Position numbers and translations under genes: made by a program. Under the pieces are notes generated by a model. The model saw only the letters and a list, made by a program, of their open reading frames with translations. It did not search any database and was not told the origin of the DNA. From NCBI GenBank assembly GCA_963797855.1, contig CAWCQX010000011.1:91446-155445 (forward strand): 64,000 nucleotides of DNA. Direction: 5' to 3'. Source of the stretch: an uncultured Chloroflexia bacterium (GTDB taxonomy: Bacteria > Chloroflexota > Limnocylindria > QHBO01). Below, one piece after another: positions 32,197 through 47,216 of the stretch. Positions within the stretch are counted from its first letter, which is position 1; each line of letters opens with the position of its first letter.

Positions 32197-33678
32197 GTGC
32201 GTGCGCCCATCGAGCTGCCGCACCGATCCGGCGACGCGCTACCCATCTACCAGCCCCACGGCCCGCGCGAGGAGTGCGGCGTCGTCGGCGTCTGGGCGCC
32301 GGGCGGCCCGGTCGCTCGCATGGCGTACGTCGGCCTCCACGCGCTCCAGCACCGCGGCCAGGAGTCGGCCGGCATCGCCGTCAGCGACGGGACGCGGCTG
32401 GCCTCCACAAGCGCCTCGGCCTGGTGAGCAGCGTCTTCGACGAGGAGACGCTCCAGCGGCTCGAGGGCGGCGACGACCGGGTCGCCCCGCAGGCCGCCAT
32501 CGGCCACACCCGGTACAGCACGACCGGCTCGAACACGCTCCCGAACGTCCAGCCGGTGTACGCCGAGACCGACCGCGGCGAGCTCATGCTGGGCCACAAC
32601 GGCAACCTCACGAACGCCCGCTGGCTGCGTGACGAGCTGACCGAGCAGGGGGTCGAGTTCGCCACCGCCTCCGACACCGAGGTCCTGGCCAAGCTCATCG
32701 CCCACGCCCCGGGCCGGACGTGGGCGCAGCGGGTCGACCACGCCTTCCATCGCGCGACCGGCGCCTACACCTTCACGATGCTCACCGCCGACGCCCTGGT
32801 CGCCGCGCGCGACCCGGTCGGCTTCCGCCCGCTGGCCCTCGGCCGCCTGCCCGGCGGCGGCTGGGCGGTCGCATCGGAGAGCGCGGCGCTCGACGCCATG
32901 GGCGCGCAGTTCGTCCGCGACGTCGAGGCGGGCGAGGTGCTGACGATCACCGCCGAGGGCGTCGACTCCTACCGCTCCGCCGGCGCGACGCCCGAGCGCG
33001 AGCGGCTGTGCGTCTTCGAGTACGTCTACCTCGCGCGGCCGGACAGCGTCATCGACGGACGGCTGCTGTACGAGGCGCGCCTCGAGATGGGCCGGGCACT
33101 GGCGCGCGAGCATCCGGCCGATGCGGACCTCGTGATCGCCGTGCCCGACTCGGCCATCCCGGCCGCCATCGGCTACGCGGAGGAGGCCGGGCTGCCGTAT
33201 CGCGAGGGCCTGATCAAGTCGCGCTACGTCGGACGGACGTTCATCCAGCCGGCGCAGGCCGGCCGCGAGGAGGCGGTGCGCCTGAAGTTCAACCCGCTGC
33301 CCGAGCTGCTGCCCGGCAAGCGCGTCGTCGTCGTCGACGACTCGATCGTGCGCGGGACGACGACCGGGCCGATCGTGGCCATGCTGCGTCGCGCCGGCGC
33401 GGCCGAGGTCCACGTCCGCATCCACTCGCCCGGAGATGCGGCACCCGTGCTACATGGGCGTCGACACCGGACGGCGCGGCGAGCTGATCGCCGCGACGCA
33501 CACGACCGACGAGATCCGCCGCGCCATCGGCGCCGACTCGCTCGGCTACCTGTCGCAGGACGGGATGCTCGACGCGGTCGGCGGGCGGCGCGAGGCCCGC
33601 TGCACCGCCTGCTTCGACGGCGTGTACCCGACCGACGTGCCGCTGGAGCTCGACAAGCTGGCGCTGGAGCGCCGCTGA
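32197..33678 (+). CDS. purF: Amidophosphoribosyltransferase; frameshifts
   Basis: EECGVVG, LQHRGQESAG, GHTRYST, HNGNL, CVFEYVY.ARPDS, VDDSIVRGTT, CTACF.G.YP. Confidence 0.96.
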
Positions 33679-33681
33679 CCG

Positions 33682-34715
33682 ATGGCCCGCACCTACCGCG
33701 AAGCCGGCGTCGATCGTGGAGGAGGCCGAGCGCGCCGTGGAGCGCATCGCCGAGGCGGCGGCGTCGACGGCCACGCCCGCGGTGCTCGGCGGCGTCGGCG
33801 GCTTCGGCGCGCTGTTCCGCTTCGACCCGACGACGCATCCCGACCCGGTCCTCGTCAGCAGCACCGATGGCGTCGGCACGAAGCTGAAGGTCGCCGCTGG
33901 CGCTCGGCCGGCACGACACGATCGGCATCGACCTCGTCAACGCCTGCGTGAACGACATCGTCGTGTCCGGCGCCGACCCGCTCTTCTTCCTCGACTACCT
34001 CGCCGTCGGCGACCTGCGCGCCGAGGTGGTCGAGGAGATCGTCGCGGGCGTGGCGGCCGGCTGCGCGGCCGCCGGCATCCCGCTCATCGGCGGCGAGACG
34101 GCGCAGATGCCGGACCTCTACCGCGGCGACGACTCGACCTCGCGGGCTTCGTCGTCGGCGTCGTGGCCCGTGCCGACCTCATCGACGGCTCGGCGGTGCG
34201 CGCCGGGGACATCCTGCTCGGCCTGCCGTCGCGCGGGCTGCACACGAACGGCTACAGCCTGGCGCGCCGGGTCCTGCCGGAGACGATCTGGGCCGCGCCG
34301 ATGCCCGACGGCGAGCGGCACGATCGGCGACGCCCTGCTCGAGCCGCACCGGTCCTACCTCGACGAGGTCCGCATCCTGCGCCGCGCGCTGCGCGCGGCG
34401 GCACCGACATCGCCGCCCTCGCCCACATCACCGGCGGCGGCTGGGAGGGCAACGTCCCGCGCACCCTGCCCGACGGCCTCGGCGTCGAGGTCGAGACCGG
34501 ATCGTGGCCGGTGCCGGCGATCTTCAGCCTCATCCAGCAGCGCGGCGACATCGCCGACGAGGAGATGGTGCGCACCTTCAACGTCGGCATCGGCATGACC
34601 GCCGTCGTGCCGGCAGCCGCGGTCGAGGCGGCGCTGGCCGCGCTGCCCGAGGCGTGCCGCATCGGTCGGGTGGTCGAGGTGCCCGCGGGCGAGCCGCGCG
34701 TCCGGCTTCGCATGA
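33682..34715 (+). CDS. purM: AIR synthetase; frameshifts
   Basis: [67 protein letters not shown]. Confidence 0.94.
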
Positions 34716-35324
34716 GGCTGGGCGTCCTCGTCTCGGGCCGCGGCTCGAACCTCGAGGCCATCCTGGAGGCGGGGCTGCCGTTGCGCTCGTCGTCAGCAAC
34801 CGTCCCGGCGTGCGTGCGCTCGAGATCGCGGCGGCCCACGGCGTCCGGCCCTCGTCCTGCGGCGCTCCGACTTCGCCGATGCGGAGGCGCGCGACGCCGC
34901 CATCGGTGCGGCCCTGGCGCGAGGCGGGCGTCGAGCTCGCCGTCCTGGCCGGCTACGACCAGCTCCTGCGCTCCGCCTACTTCGCCGCGTTCGGCGGCCG
35001 GACGATCAACATCCATCCCAGGCTGCTGCCCGCCCACGGCGGGCCCGGCATGGTGGGGCTGGCGGTCCATCGGTCGGTGCTGGCTGCGGGCGACCCCGAG
35101 ACCGGCGCCACGATCCACGAGGTCGAGCGCCGAGCTCGACGCGGGACCGATCCTGGCGCAGGCGCGCGTGCCGGTCGAGCCCGGCGACGACGCCGAGACG
35201 CTCGCGGCACGCGTGCTGGCGAGGAGCATCGGCTGCTGGTGGCGACCTTCGGGGCTCGCCGGAGACCCGTGGTCGCGACCGCGGCCTGGCGGCCGAAGGG
35301 CCTCGCGGGCACGAGGCGTGCTAG
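34712..35324 (+). CDS. purN: Phosphoribosylglycinamide formyltransferase; frameshifts, 3' end approximate
   Basis: VLVSGRGSNLEAI, VLAGY, INIHP.LLP.HGG.GM, TGATIH, LDAGPILAQ. Confidence 0.9.
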
Positions 35325-35381
35325 CATTCCCGATGGCGCCCGACGCGGCGCAGACTCCCCGCAAGCGGCCGTCACCCCGGA

Positions 35382-35980
35382 ATGGACGCGATTCTCGAGC
35401 CGATCGGGGAGTTCTGGAACGGGTTCCTGAGCAACCCGATCGTCCAGCTGGCGGCCAGCTGATCGTGATCTACGTCGTCCTGCTCTGGCTCGGCACGGCT
35501 ACTGGGCCTTCCGCGACATGCAGGCGCGCACCGAGAACCCGATCCTGCCGTACTTCGCCGCCGCGCTGATCATCTTCTTCACGCCGCTCCTGTTCCTCTT
35601 CGCCGTGATCCTCTACCTCATCGTCCGGCCGCGCGAGACGCTGGCCGAGGTCTACGAGCGCTCGCTGGCCGAGGAGAGCCTCCTGGCCGAGGTCGAGAAG
35701 AACGAGCTGTGCCCGGTCTGCCGCGATCGCGTCGACAGCGACTGGCTGGTCTGCCCGAACTGCCGCACCCGGCTCCACCGCGTCTGCCCGTCGTGCAACC
35801 GACTCGCCGAGCCGACCTGGCCGCTGTGCGCGTACTGCGGCCGTGAGTTCGAGCGCCCCGCCCGGGCCGCCGCCCGCGCGCGCGCGCCGCAGCCGGCCGA
35901 GGAGCCGGTCGGGGTCGCCGACGGCGCCGGCCGACGCGACCGCCGAGCGAGCGCGGCTGCGCGGCGCGACCAACACCTGA
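35382..35980 (+). CDS. Membrane protein with a C-terminal double zinc ribbon; frameshifts
   Basis: TM helices, YLIVRPRETL, CPVC...WLVCPNC..RL..VCPSC...WPLCAYCG. Confidence 0.75.
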
Positions 35981-36985
35981 CCGAGCCGCCGGTCGGGCCC
36001 GCGGGCCCGGACGATCCCGGCACCCTGCCGCGGGGCCCGCATCCGACGATCGGCCCCGGCGGCATCGGCATGCCGCGGTGGCCCGGGCCGGTGCTGGCGA
36101 TCGGCGGCGGCGCTCGTGGCGTCGTCGCGCCTCGTCGCGATCGGCCGATCCGCCAGGGGATCGTCGACGCCGATCCGGCGTCGCTCGGCCTGCATCGCCC
36201 TGGCCGGCGGCCTCGCCTTCGTCGCCGGCCTCGTCTACACCGCCATCCGCCAGCTGCGCGTCCGCGGCGTCCTGCCGCCGGAGCGCTACCGCGGCCCATC
36301 GGTCTTCATCCTGCTGGCGCTGGTGCTCGTGGTCGCCACCGTCCTGACCGCGCCGTTCACGCGACGACGCGCTCGCTGGTCCGGCGGCGAGGGCGAGCTC
36401 ACCCTCCTCGGCTCCGTGGTGCTCCTCGTCTCGACCCAGGTCGGGCTGCTGGTGGTGAGCTGGCTCTTCGTCTACCGGCCGCACGCGCTGGCCGCGCTGC
36501 CCTCCTTCCCCGGCCGCGACCCGGCGCGCGCGCTCCGCGCGGCCTCGGCTGGGGCGTCGTGGCCTGGTTCGGCTCGACGTCGTGCTGTTCCTCGTCGTCC
36601 GCGCTCCTCGAGCAGCTCGGCAGGCCGCCGCCGGCGGGCGGCGGAGCAGGCGATCGCGGTGCTCGACCCGTGGCTGGTGGTCGTGGCGATCGTCATCCTC
36701 GCGCCGATCGCGGAGGAGGTCTTCTTCCGCGGCGTCGTCTTCAACGCCTGGCTGCGCGAGGCGGGGCGGAGGTGGGCGTTCATCGGCTCGGCGGCGCTGT
36801 TCGCGGCCATCCACCTCTCGCTCGTGTCGCTGCTGCCGATCTTCCTCCTCGGCCTGGCGCTGGCCTGGGTCTACGAGCGCACGCGGCAACCTGCTCGCGC
36901 CGATCGCGATGCACGCGGCCGTCAACGGCATCTCGGTCGCCCTCGCGCTGCTCGTCCGCTTCGGGATCGTGCCGTGCCCGTCTGA
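35977..36985 (+). CDS. CPBP (CAAX/Abi) intramembrane glutamic protease; frameshifts, start approximate
   Basis: APIAEEVFFRG, LFAAIH, MHAAVN motifs. Confidence 0.85.
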
Positions 36986-37042
36986 GCGGTAAGCCGCCCG
37001 ATAAGCGGGCGATGACCGCCGGCGTCGGTATCGTCGGCGCCG

Positions 37043-37722
37043 ATGACGACGCAGCCGATCCGCCTCCCCCTCGAGCGCCAGCCGCGATCCGGCCGGCCGT
37101 CCTGGCGGCTCGAGCGCCACGGGCCCGAGGCGTGCGACGACGAGGAGCTGCTGGCGATCCTGCTCGGCGGCGGCGACGAGCTCGGCGGCACGGCGCGCCG
37201 GCTCCTGGACCGCTTCGGCTCGCTGGCCGAGGTTGCCCGCGCCCACCCCGCCGAGCTGCGCCTCGCCGGGGTCGCGGCGGGCGCCGCGCCGCGGCTGGCG
37301 GCGGCGCTCGAGCTCGGCGCGGCTCGCGCGCCGCTGGCCGTCCGACCCTGGCTGATGCGCACGCCGACCGACGTCGCCGAGCCGCTCGTCGACGCCATGG
37401 GCTCGCTCGAGCGCGAGGAGCTGCGCGTCCTGCTGCTCGACACGAAGAACGTGGTCGCCGCGGAGCGAACGGTCTATCGCGGCAACCTGGCCGGCTCGTC
37501 GGTGCGCATCGGCGAGGTCTACCGCGACGCGGTCCGCGGCTGCGCTGCCGCGATCATCGTCGCCCACAACCATCCGAGCGGCGACCCGGCGCCGTCGGGC
37601 GAGGACCTGCGCATCACGGCCGAGCTGGCCGAGGCCGGGCGCCTGCTCGACATCGAGCTGCTGGACCACCTCGTCATCGGCCGCGGCCGCTGGACGAGCC
37701 TGCGCGCCCTCGGCGCGCTCGG

Positions 37723-37747
<25 letters not shown>
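37043..37747 (+). CDS. radC: RadC family JAB-domain protein
   Basis: ELLAILL, LL.RFGSL, EELRVLLLDTKN, AHNHPSGDPAPS.ED, LLDHLVIG. Confidence 0.92.
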
Positions 37748-38993
<1,246 letters not shown>

Positions 38994-39025
38994 TGTGGCC
39001 GATCGGGTAGGGTTGCGCCACAGCC

Positions 39026-41106
39026 ATGACGACGACGAAGGAGAGCGCGCGGCGCGTGGCGCAGGCCGTGACCGACGCGCGCGAGCCCGACGCCGGCGAG
39101 GTCGGCACGCGCCGCAGCATCGTGATCGAGCGCATCAGCCCGCAGCTGGACGGCGGCCGCTATCCGGTGAAGCGCGTCGTCGGCGATCAGCTGCTCGTCA
39201 CCGCCGACATCTTCGCCGACGGCCACGACCTGCTCGACGCCGCGCTGCTCGTGCGCGCCGACGACGAGGAGGCCTGGCGCGAGGCGCCGATGCGGCCGAT
39301 CGACAACGACCGCTGGTCGGGCCACGTCGAGCTGACCCGCAACCGATGGCATCGCTATGCGGTCGAGGCCTGGCGCGACGCGTACGGCAGCTGGCGGCAC
39401 GGGCTGCACAGGAAGGTCGAGGCCGGCGTGCCGGTGCCGGCCGAGATCGAGGAGGGCCGCATGCTGGTCGAGGCGGCGCTGGCCCGGGCGGAGCGCGCCG
39501 AGGCGGCCGACGACCTGCGCATCCTGCGCGGCGCGCTGGCCACGCTGCGCCGGGCGCGATCGGAGGCCGGACGCGTCGCCGCGCTCGACACCGACGAGGT
39601 GCTCGCCGCCATGCGCCGCCACCCGGATCGGAGCCTCGCCACCCGCTCGCCGGAGCTGCCGCTCGTCGTCGATCGCGAGCGCGCGCGATTCGGCGCGTGG
39701 TACGAGCTCTTCCCGCGCTCGCAGGGCCGCGATCCGACGCGGCCGAAGGCCACGACCTTCGCCGAGGCGGAGTGGCGGCTTGCCGACATCGCCGCCATGG
39801 GCTTCGACGTCGTCTACCTGCCGCCGATCCACCCGATCGGCCGCACGAACCGCAAGGGCCGCAACAACACCCTCGAGGCCGGGCCGACGATCCCGGGCTC
39901 GCCGTACGCCATCGGCTCGGCGGAGGGCGGTCATGACGCGGTCGCGCCCGAGCTCGGCGGGCTCGACGGGCTCGATCGGCTTCCGCAGGGCGGTCGAGGC
40001 GCACGGCATGGAGCTGGCGATGGACATCGCCATCCAGGCCGCCCCGGACCATCCCGCCGTGACGGCCCACCCCGAGTGGTTCCGCCACTCGCCGGACGGG
40101 AGCATCAAGTACGCCGAGAACCCGCCGAAGAAATACCAGGACATCTACCCGATCGACTTCGCCGGCGACGACCCGCGGCGCGCGGGCGCGCTGTGGCGCG
40201 AGTGGAAGCGGGTCTTCGAGGTCTGGATCGGGCACGGCGTGAGGATCTTCCGAGTCGACAACCCGCACACCAAGCCGATCCCGTTCTGGGAGTGGCTCAT
40301 CCGCGAGATCCAGGCCGACCACCCCGACGTGGTCTTCCTGTCGGAGGCGTTCACGAAGCCGAAGATGATGCGGCTGCTGGCCAAGGTCGGCTTCACCCAG
40401 AGCTACACGTACTTCACGTGGCGCGAGTCGGCCTGGGAGCTGCGCGAGTACTTCACCGAGCTCACGCAGTCCGAGATGCGCGAGTACTTCCGCGGCAACC
40501 TGTTCACCAACACGCCCGACATCAACCCGCACCACCTCGACCACGGCCGGCCGGCGTTCGTGATCCGCACGGTCCTTGCGGCGACGCTGTCGAGCTCGTA
40601 CGGCATCTACTCCGGCTGGGAGCTGTGCGAGAGCGCGCGGCTCGGCGAGCGCGAGGAGTATCTCGACAGCGAGAAGTACGAGATCCGCGCCCGCGACTGG
40701 GATGCGAAGGGCAACATCAAGCCGCTCATCACCGAGCTGAACCGGCTGCGCCACGAGCGGCGCGCGCTCCAGCGTCACGACAACCTGCGCTTCCAGGACG
40801 TGACCGGCGAGCGGACGCTCTTCTATCGCAAGGCGCTGCCGCACGGCAAGGTCGACCCGCTCACCGGCTTCCCGAACCGATGGCGCGACCCGGTCTTCGT
40901 CGCCGTCAACACCGACCCGACGACGGCGGAGCGCGCGATCCTGCACCCGGACCTGCCGGCCGTCGGCATCGGCTGGGACGAGCCGTACCGGATGACCGAT
41001 CTGCTGACCGGGCGCGTCGACGCGCGAGCGCGGCGCGGACCTGCCGGTCGACCTCGACCCGGCGGCCGAGCCGTTCCGGATCTTCACGATCGCCCGCCGA
41101 TCGTAA
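39026..41106 (+). CDS. glgE: Alpha-1,4-glucan:maltose-1-phosphate maltosyltransferase; frameshifts
   Basis: [74 protein letters not shown]. Confidence 0.95.
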
Positions 41107-41170
41107 CGCCCGACGACCAGACGACGATCCGATCCCGCGCCCCGAGCACGCCCGCCGTCCGCCGCGCCCG

Positions 41171-42847
41171 GTGAGCCGATGGCGAGGCGCCGCAGCTGCT
41201 GCGCGACGACCCCACCTGGTACAAGGACGCGATCATCTACCAGCTCCACGTCAAGGCGTTCTACGACTCCACCGGCGACGGCATGGGGGACTTCGCCGGG
41301 CTGACGCAGAAGCTCGACTACATCGCCGACCTGGGCGTGACGGCGATCTGGCTGCTGCCGTTCTACCCGTCGCCGCTGCGGGACGACGGCTACGACATCG
41401 CCGACTTCACGCGCGTCCATCCCGACTACGGCACGCTGCGCGACTTCCGGGCGCTTCGTGCGCGAGGCGCATCGGCGCGGCCTGCGCGTCATCACCGAGC
41501 TCGTCATCAACCACACCAGCGACCAGCACCCGTGGTTCGTCGAGTCGCGCTCCTCGCCGCAGGAACCCGAAGCGCGACTGGTACGTGTGGAGCGACACCG
41601 ACCAGAAGTACGCCGATGCGCGGATCATCTTCACCGACACCGAGACCTCGAACTGGACGTGGGACCAGGAGTCGGAGCAGTACTACTGGCATCGGTTCTT
41701 CAGCCACCAGCCGGACCTGAACTTCGACAACCCGCAGGTCGTCCGGGCGGTGATGCGGGTCATGCGCTTCTGGCTCGACCTCGGGGTCGACGGGCTGCGG
41801 CTCGACGCGGTGCCGTACCTCGTCGAGCGCGAGGGCACGAACGGCGAGAACCTGCCCGAGACGCACGCGATCCTGCAGCGGCTGCGCGCCGCGGTCGACG
41901 CGCGCTACGACGGCCGGATGCTGCTGGCCGAGGCGAACCAGTGGCCGCCGGACGTGCTGCCCTACTTCGGCACCGCCGAGGAGCCCGAGTGCCACATGGC
42001 CTTCCACTTCCCGCTCATGCCGCGGATCTGGATCGCGCTGCGGCGCGAGGATCGCTACCCGATCGTCGAGATCATGGCGCAGACGCCGGAGATCCCCGAG
42101 GAGAACCAGTGGGCGCTCTTCCTGCGCAACCACGACGAGCTGACGCTCGAGATGGTGACCGACGAGGAGCGCGACTACATGTACACCGAGTACGCGCGGA
42201 CGCCCGGATGCGGATCAACGTCGGCATCCGGCGCCGGCTCGCGCCGCTCGTCGACCGCAGCCGCCGCCGGATCGAGCTGCTGAACTCGCTGCTCTTCAGC
42301 ATGAAGGGCACGCCGGTCATCTACTACGGCGACGAGATCGGGATGGGCGACAACGTCTACCTCGGCGACCGCAACGGGGTGCGCACGCCGATGCAGTGGA
42401 CCGGCGACCGCAACGCCGGCTTCAGCAGGGCCGACGTCCACGCCCTCTACGCGCCGCTGGTGGCCGATCCGGTCTACGGCTACCAGGCGGTCAACGTCGA
42501 GGCCCAGGAGCGCGTGCCCGGCTCCCTGCTGAACTGGATGAAGCGGATGCATCCGCATCCGCCGCGCGCACCCGGTGTTCGGACGCGGCACGCTCGAGTT
42601 CCTCCATCCCGAGAACCGGCGCGTGCTGGCCTACCTGCGCGAGCACGAGGGCGTGACGATCCTGTGCGTCGCGAACCTGTCGCGCTTCGCCCAGTACGTC
42701 GAGCTCGACCTGTCGCGCTTCGACGGCCGTCAGCCGGTCGAGCTGATCGGCCGCGTCCACTTCCCGCGCATCGGCGAGCTGCCGTACCTGCTCACGCTGG
42801 GCCCGCACGACTTCTTCTGGTTCGAGCTGACCGATGGCGAGGGTTGA
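41171..42847 (+). CDS. treS: Trehalose synthase (maltose alpha-D-glucosyltransferase); frameshifts
   Basis: [76 protein letters not shown]. Confidence 0.94.
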
Positions 42848-43389
42848 GCCCGCGACCGATCCGACTCGCCACGCCGGCCGACGCCGAGGTGATCGCGGGC
42901 GTCGGCGGCCGGGCGTGGCGGGCGACATACCCCGGCATCGTCCCGGACGCGGTGCTCGACGAGTGGATCGACGAGGCGGCGGACGGCTGGCGCCAGGCCT
43001 TCGCCGGCCGCCAGCCCGACAGCCCGTGGCGGCCTGGGTCGCCGAGCGGGATGGCGGCGATCCTCGGGTACGCCACGACCACGCCGGCGAAGGCGGACTG
43101 GCTGCCGCCGCCCGACGGCGCGGGCGAGCTGACGAACCTGTACCTCGATCCCGACGCCATCGGCACCGGCGTCGGCAGCGCGCTCTACGACCATGCCGTG
43201 GCCGACCTTCGCGAGCGAGGCTTCAACCCGTTCGTGGTGTGGGCGTTCCGCGACAACCACCGCGCGCGCCGCTTCTACGAGCGCAAGGGCCTGGTGATCG
43301 ACGTCCCGGACCACGACTGGGTGCTCGGCGGCGTGCCGTGCCCGATCGTCCGATTCCGCATCGACTGGGCGGCGAGCGGGGCGGGATGA
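42844..43389 (+). CDS. GNAT family N-acetyltransferase; frameshift near 43035
   Basis: [45 protein letters not shown]. Confidence 0.85.
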   Translation: MSPRPIRLATPADAEVIAGVGGRAWRATYPGIVPDAVLDEWIDEAADGWRQAFAGRQPDSPWRPGSPSGMAAILGYATTTPAKADWLPPPDGAGELTNLYLDPDAIGTGVGSALYDHAVADLRERGFNPFVVWAFRDNHRARRFYERKGLVIDVPDHDWVLGGVPCPIVRFRIDWAASGAG

Positions 43390-44612
43390 CCCCCGCCGAC
43401 CTCGCGTCCCGGCGCTGGTTCCGCTCGAAGCAGCGCTCCATCGCCGCGGTACCGAGGTCGACCGCGTCGCCGATCGGGCCGGGCGCGCTGGTCGTCCTCG
43501 AGGTCGGCGTTCGTGACGACGGCGGTTCGGAGCGCTACCTCGTCCCGCTGGTCGACGGGCGCGAGCCGGCCGACGGCGAGGGCCTGTGGACCGCGCTGGC
43601 GGAGGCGATCGGGCGCGAGGCGCGCATCGGCCGGTTCGTCGACGCGCCGCGCGGCCGGCTTCGAGCCCGGTCGCCGTGGGCGAGCGGCGACTCGCCGTCG
43701 AGCAGTCGAACACCTCGGTCGTGCTCGGCGAGCGACTGATCCTCAAGCTGTACCGCCTCCTCGAGCCGGGCGAGAACCCGGACCTCGAGATCAGCGCCTT
43801 CCTGGCCGATGTCGGGTTCGCCGACACCCCGGCCCTCGCGGGGTCCGTCACCTACGAAGGCCGATGGCGCGCGGGCATCGGCCGCGATGCTGCAGGCGTT
43901 CCTCCCCGGCGCCGGCGACGCATGGGCCGCGATGCTGTCGGCACTGGCCACGGATCCGCGAGCGCGGCATCGAGATGGCCGAGCGGATCGGCGACCTGAC
44001 CGCTCGGCTGCATCGAGCTCTCGCGTCGCGGCCGGACGACGCGGCGTTCCCCGCCCGGCCCGCGACCGTCGAGGAGACAGCCGCGTGGCGGGCTTCGGCC
44101 GAGCGGCAGCCGACGCTGGCGATCGAGGCGGTGCGCGGGGCCGAGCACGAGCGGCTCGTCGCGCTCGCGCCGGCGGTCCGCGCTCGGTTCGCCGACGCCT
44201 TCGGATCGGCGACCGGCGACGCGCACGGTCAGCCGCATCCACGGCGACTACCACCTCGGCCAGCTGCTGGCGCGACCGGACGGCGGCCTCGGCCGTGATC
44301 GACTTCGAGGGCGAGCCGTCGCGCCCGCTCGCCGAGCGCCGCGCGCCGACCTCGCCGCTGCGCGACGTCGCCGGCATGCTCCGCAGCCTCGACTACGCGG
44401 CTCGCACCGCCGAGCGCGAGGACGGCCTCGCGGCCGACGCGTGGCTCGCCGACGCGCGCGGTGCGTTCCTCGGGGCGTACGGCGACGTCGACGCGGCCTT
44501 GCTGTCGGCCTTCGAGCTCGAGAAGGCGTGCTACGAGATCCGCTACGAGGCGGGCATGCGGCCGGACTGGCTGTGGCTGCCGCTGGCCGCCGTCGAGCGC
44601 CTGGCGTCATGA
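43386..44612 (+). CDS. mak: Maltokinase (Mak/Pep2); frameshifts
   Basis: [70 protein letters not shown]. Confidence 0.9.
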
Positions 44613-45023
44613 CCGCGAAGCCGCCGCGGCCGCCGCTGGCGGTCATCCGGCCCGTTCACGACGCACGTCTTCAACCCGATCAGCCGCCGATTCGTGCGCT
44701 GGCTGCCGGGGTTCGGCATCCTCGTACTATCGCGGCCGGAAGTCGGGCAAGGAGTACCGCACGCCGCTGAACGTCTTCCGCCACGGGAACGAGTGGGTCT
44801 TCGCCCTCACGTACGGGTCGGACGTCCAATGGGTGAAGAACGTCGTCGCCGCCGGCGAGGCAACCCTCGAGGTCCGGCGTCGGAGGATCCGGCTGGTCGA
44901 TCCGGAGCTCGTCGTCGATCCGGAGCGCCGGCTCATGCCGCCGGTCGTCCGCAGGTCCTCGGTCTCATGCGGGTCAGCGAGTTCCTGCGCATGCGCCCCG
45001 CCCCGCCCGCCGGACGCGGGTAA
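44609..45023 (+). CDS. Nitroreductase-family deazaflavin (F420)-dependent oxidoreductase; frameshifts
   Basis: [31 protein letters not shown]. Confidence 0.8.
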
Positions 45024-45079
45024 CCTTCGCCAGTGAGCCCGATCGCCCACACCCCAGCGCCAGGCTCCGCCGCACCGCC

Positions 45080-47216
45080 GTGGCGCTGAGGGTCTGGCGC
45101 GGCAACCCGTACCCGCTCGGAGCGACCTGGGACGGGTCGGGCGTCAACTTCGCGATCTTCTCCGAGCACGCCGATGCGGTCGACCTGTGCCTCTTCGACG
45201 ACGAGGGCCACGAGGAGCAGCGCATCCGTCTCATCGAGCAGACCGACCTCGTCTGGCACGCGTACCTGCCCGACGGGCGGCCCGGGACAGCGCTACGGGT
45301 ATCGCGTCCACGGTCCCTACGAGCCGCAGCGCGGGCATCGGTTCAACCCGACCAAGCTGCTGATCGATCCGTATGCGAAGCGCATCGACCGCGCGGTCGA
45401 GTGGGACGACTCGCTGTTCGGCTACCGCATCGGTGGCGACGAGGACGAGCCCGACGACCGGGACTCGGCGCCGTTCGTGCCGAAGGGGGTCGTCGTCGAT
45501 CCGGCCTTCGTCTGGGGCGGCGACACCCGCCTGCGCACGCCCCTCGAGCGCACCCTCATCTACGAGGTCCACGTCAAGGGATTCACGCACCGCCATCCCG
45601 ACGTGCCCGAGGAGCTGCGCGGAACCTACGCCGGGCTGGCGTCGGCGCCGGCGATCGACCACCTGACGACGCTCGGGATCACCGCGGTCGAGCTCCTCCC
45701 GGTCCACCAGCACGTCGACGAGCGGCACCTCGTCGAGCGCGGGCTCGTCAACTACTGGGGCTACAACACGATCGCCTTCCTCGCGCCCGACGTCCGGTTC
45801 AGCGCGACCGGCGACCCGGTCGGTGAGTTCAAGACGATGGTGAAGCGCCTGCACGACGCCGGGATCGAGGTGATCCTCGACGTCGTCTACAACCACACCG
45901 GGGAGAGCAATCACAACGGCCCGACGTTGGCGTTCCGCGGCATCGACAACGCCGCGTACTACCGCCTCGACCCCGATGACCCGTCGCGCTACGTCGACTA
46001 CACCGGGACCGGCAACACGCTCGACGCGACGTCGCCCCGGGTCCTCCAGCTGATCATGGACTCGCTGCGCTACTGGATCACCGAGATGCACGTCGACGGC
46101 TTCCGCTTCGACCTCGCATCGGCGCTGGCGCGCGAGCTGCACGACGTCGACAAGCTCGGCAGCTTCTTCGACATCATCCACCAGGACCCGATCATCAGCC
46201 AGGTCAAGCTGATCGCCGAGCCGTGGGACGTCGGGCCCGGCGGCTACCAGGTCGGCAACTTCCCCGTCGGCTGGGCCGAGTGGAACGGGAAGTACCGCGA
46301 CACGATCCGCCGCTTCTGGAAGGGGATCGGCGGCCAGACCGGGGAGGTGGCCTACCGGCTCAGCGGCTCCTCCGACCTCTACGCCAGCTCGGGGCGACGC
46401 CCGCACGCGAGCATCAACTTCGTGACCGCCCACGACGGCTTCACGCTCAACGACCTCGTCAGCTACGAGTCGAAGCACAACGAGGCGAACTTCGAGGGCA
46501 ACCGCGACGGCGACGACAACAACGAGAGCATGAACTTCGGCGTCGAGGGCGAGACCGATGACGAGGCCGTCATCGAGGCACGCGAGAAGCAGAAGCGCAA
46601 CCTCCTCGCCACGCTCCTGCTCAGCCAGGGCGTGCCGATGCTTCTCGGCGGCGACGAGATCGGGCGCACCCAGGGCGGCAACAACAACGGCTATGCGCAG
46701 GACAGCGAGATCAGCTGGTTCGACTGGTCGCTCGACCGTCGCGACCGGCAGCTGCTCGCCTTCACCCGCTCCCTGATCCGGCTGCTGAAGTCCCATCCGG
46801 TCCTTCGCCGCCGGAAGTTCTTCCAGGGTCGCCAGATCCGCGGCTCGCGCGTGAAGGACCTCACCTGGTTCGCGCCCGATGGGACCGAGACGACCGATGA
46901 CCAGTGGCAGGCGCCGGGCGTTCGGACCCTGGCCGTGCAGTTCGCCGGCGACGCGATCGACGACCGCGGGCCGCGCGGCGAACGGATCGTCGACGACACC
47001 CTCCTCGTCATCCTCAACGCCGACGAGCGCCCCGTGGCCTTCACGCTCCCGAATCACGCGCCCGCGCGGCGCTGGGAGGTCGTCTTCGACACCGTGCATG
47101 CCAGCTTCACCGCCGCGCACGGAGAGCACGACGGCGGCGCCACGTACCGCGTCGCGGAGCGTTCGGTCGTCTGCCTCCGCCGGCTGCCGCGTGTCCGACG
47201 AGTCGCCGAGGGATGA
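45080..47216 (+). CDS. glgX: Glycogen debranching enzyme; frameshift near 45280
   Basis: [67 protein letters not shown]. Confidence 0.96.

Noticed and set aside
27882-35324. Pseudogenisation of purL, purM and purN
   Set aside because: Catalytic motifs are intact and essential genes such as dnaB show the same lesion type, so sequencing error is more parsimonious
41458-43389. Apparent TreS-GNAT fusion ORF
   Set aside because: TreS ends at its own TGA (42847) in another frame; the continuity comes from indels and the scarcity of stops at high GC
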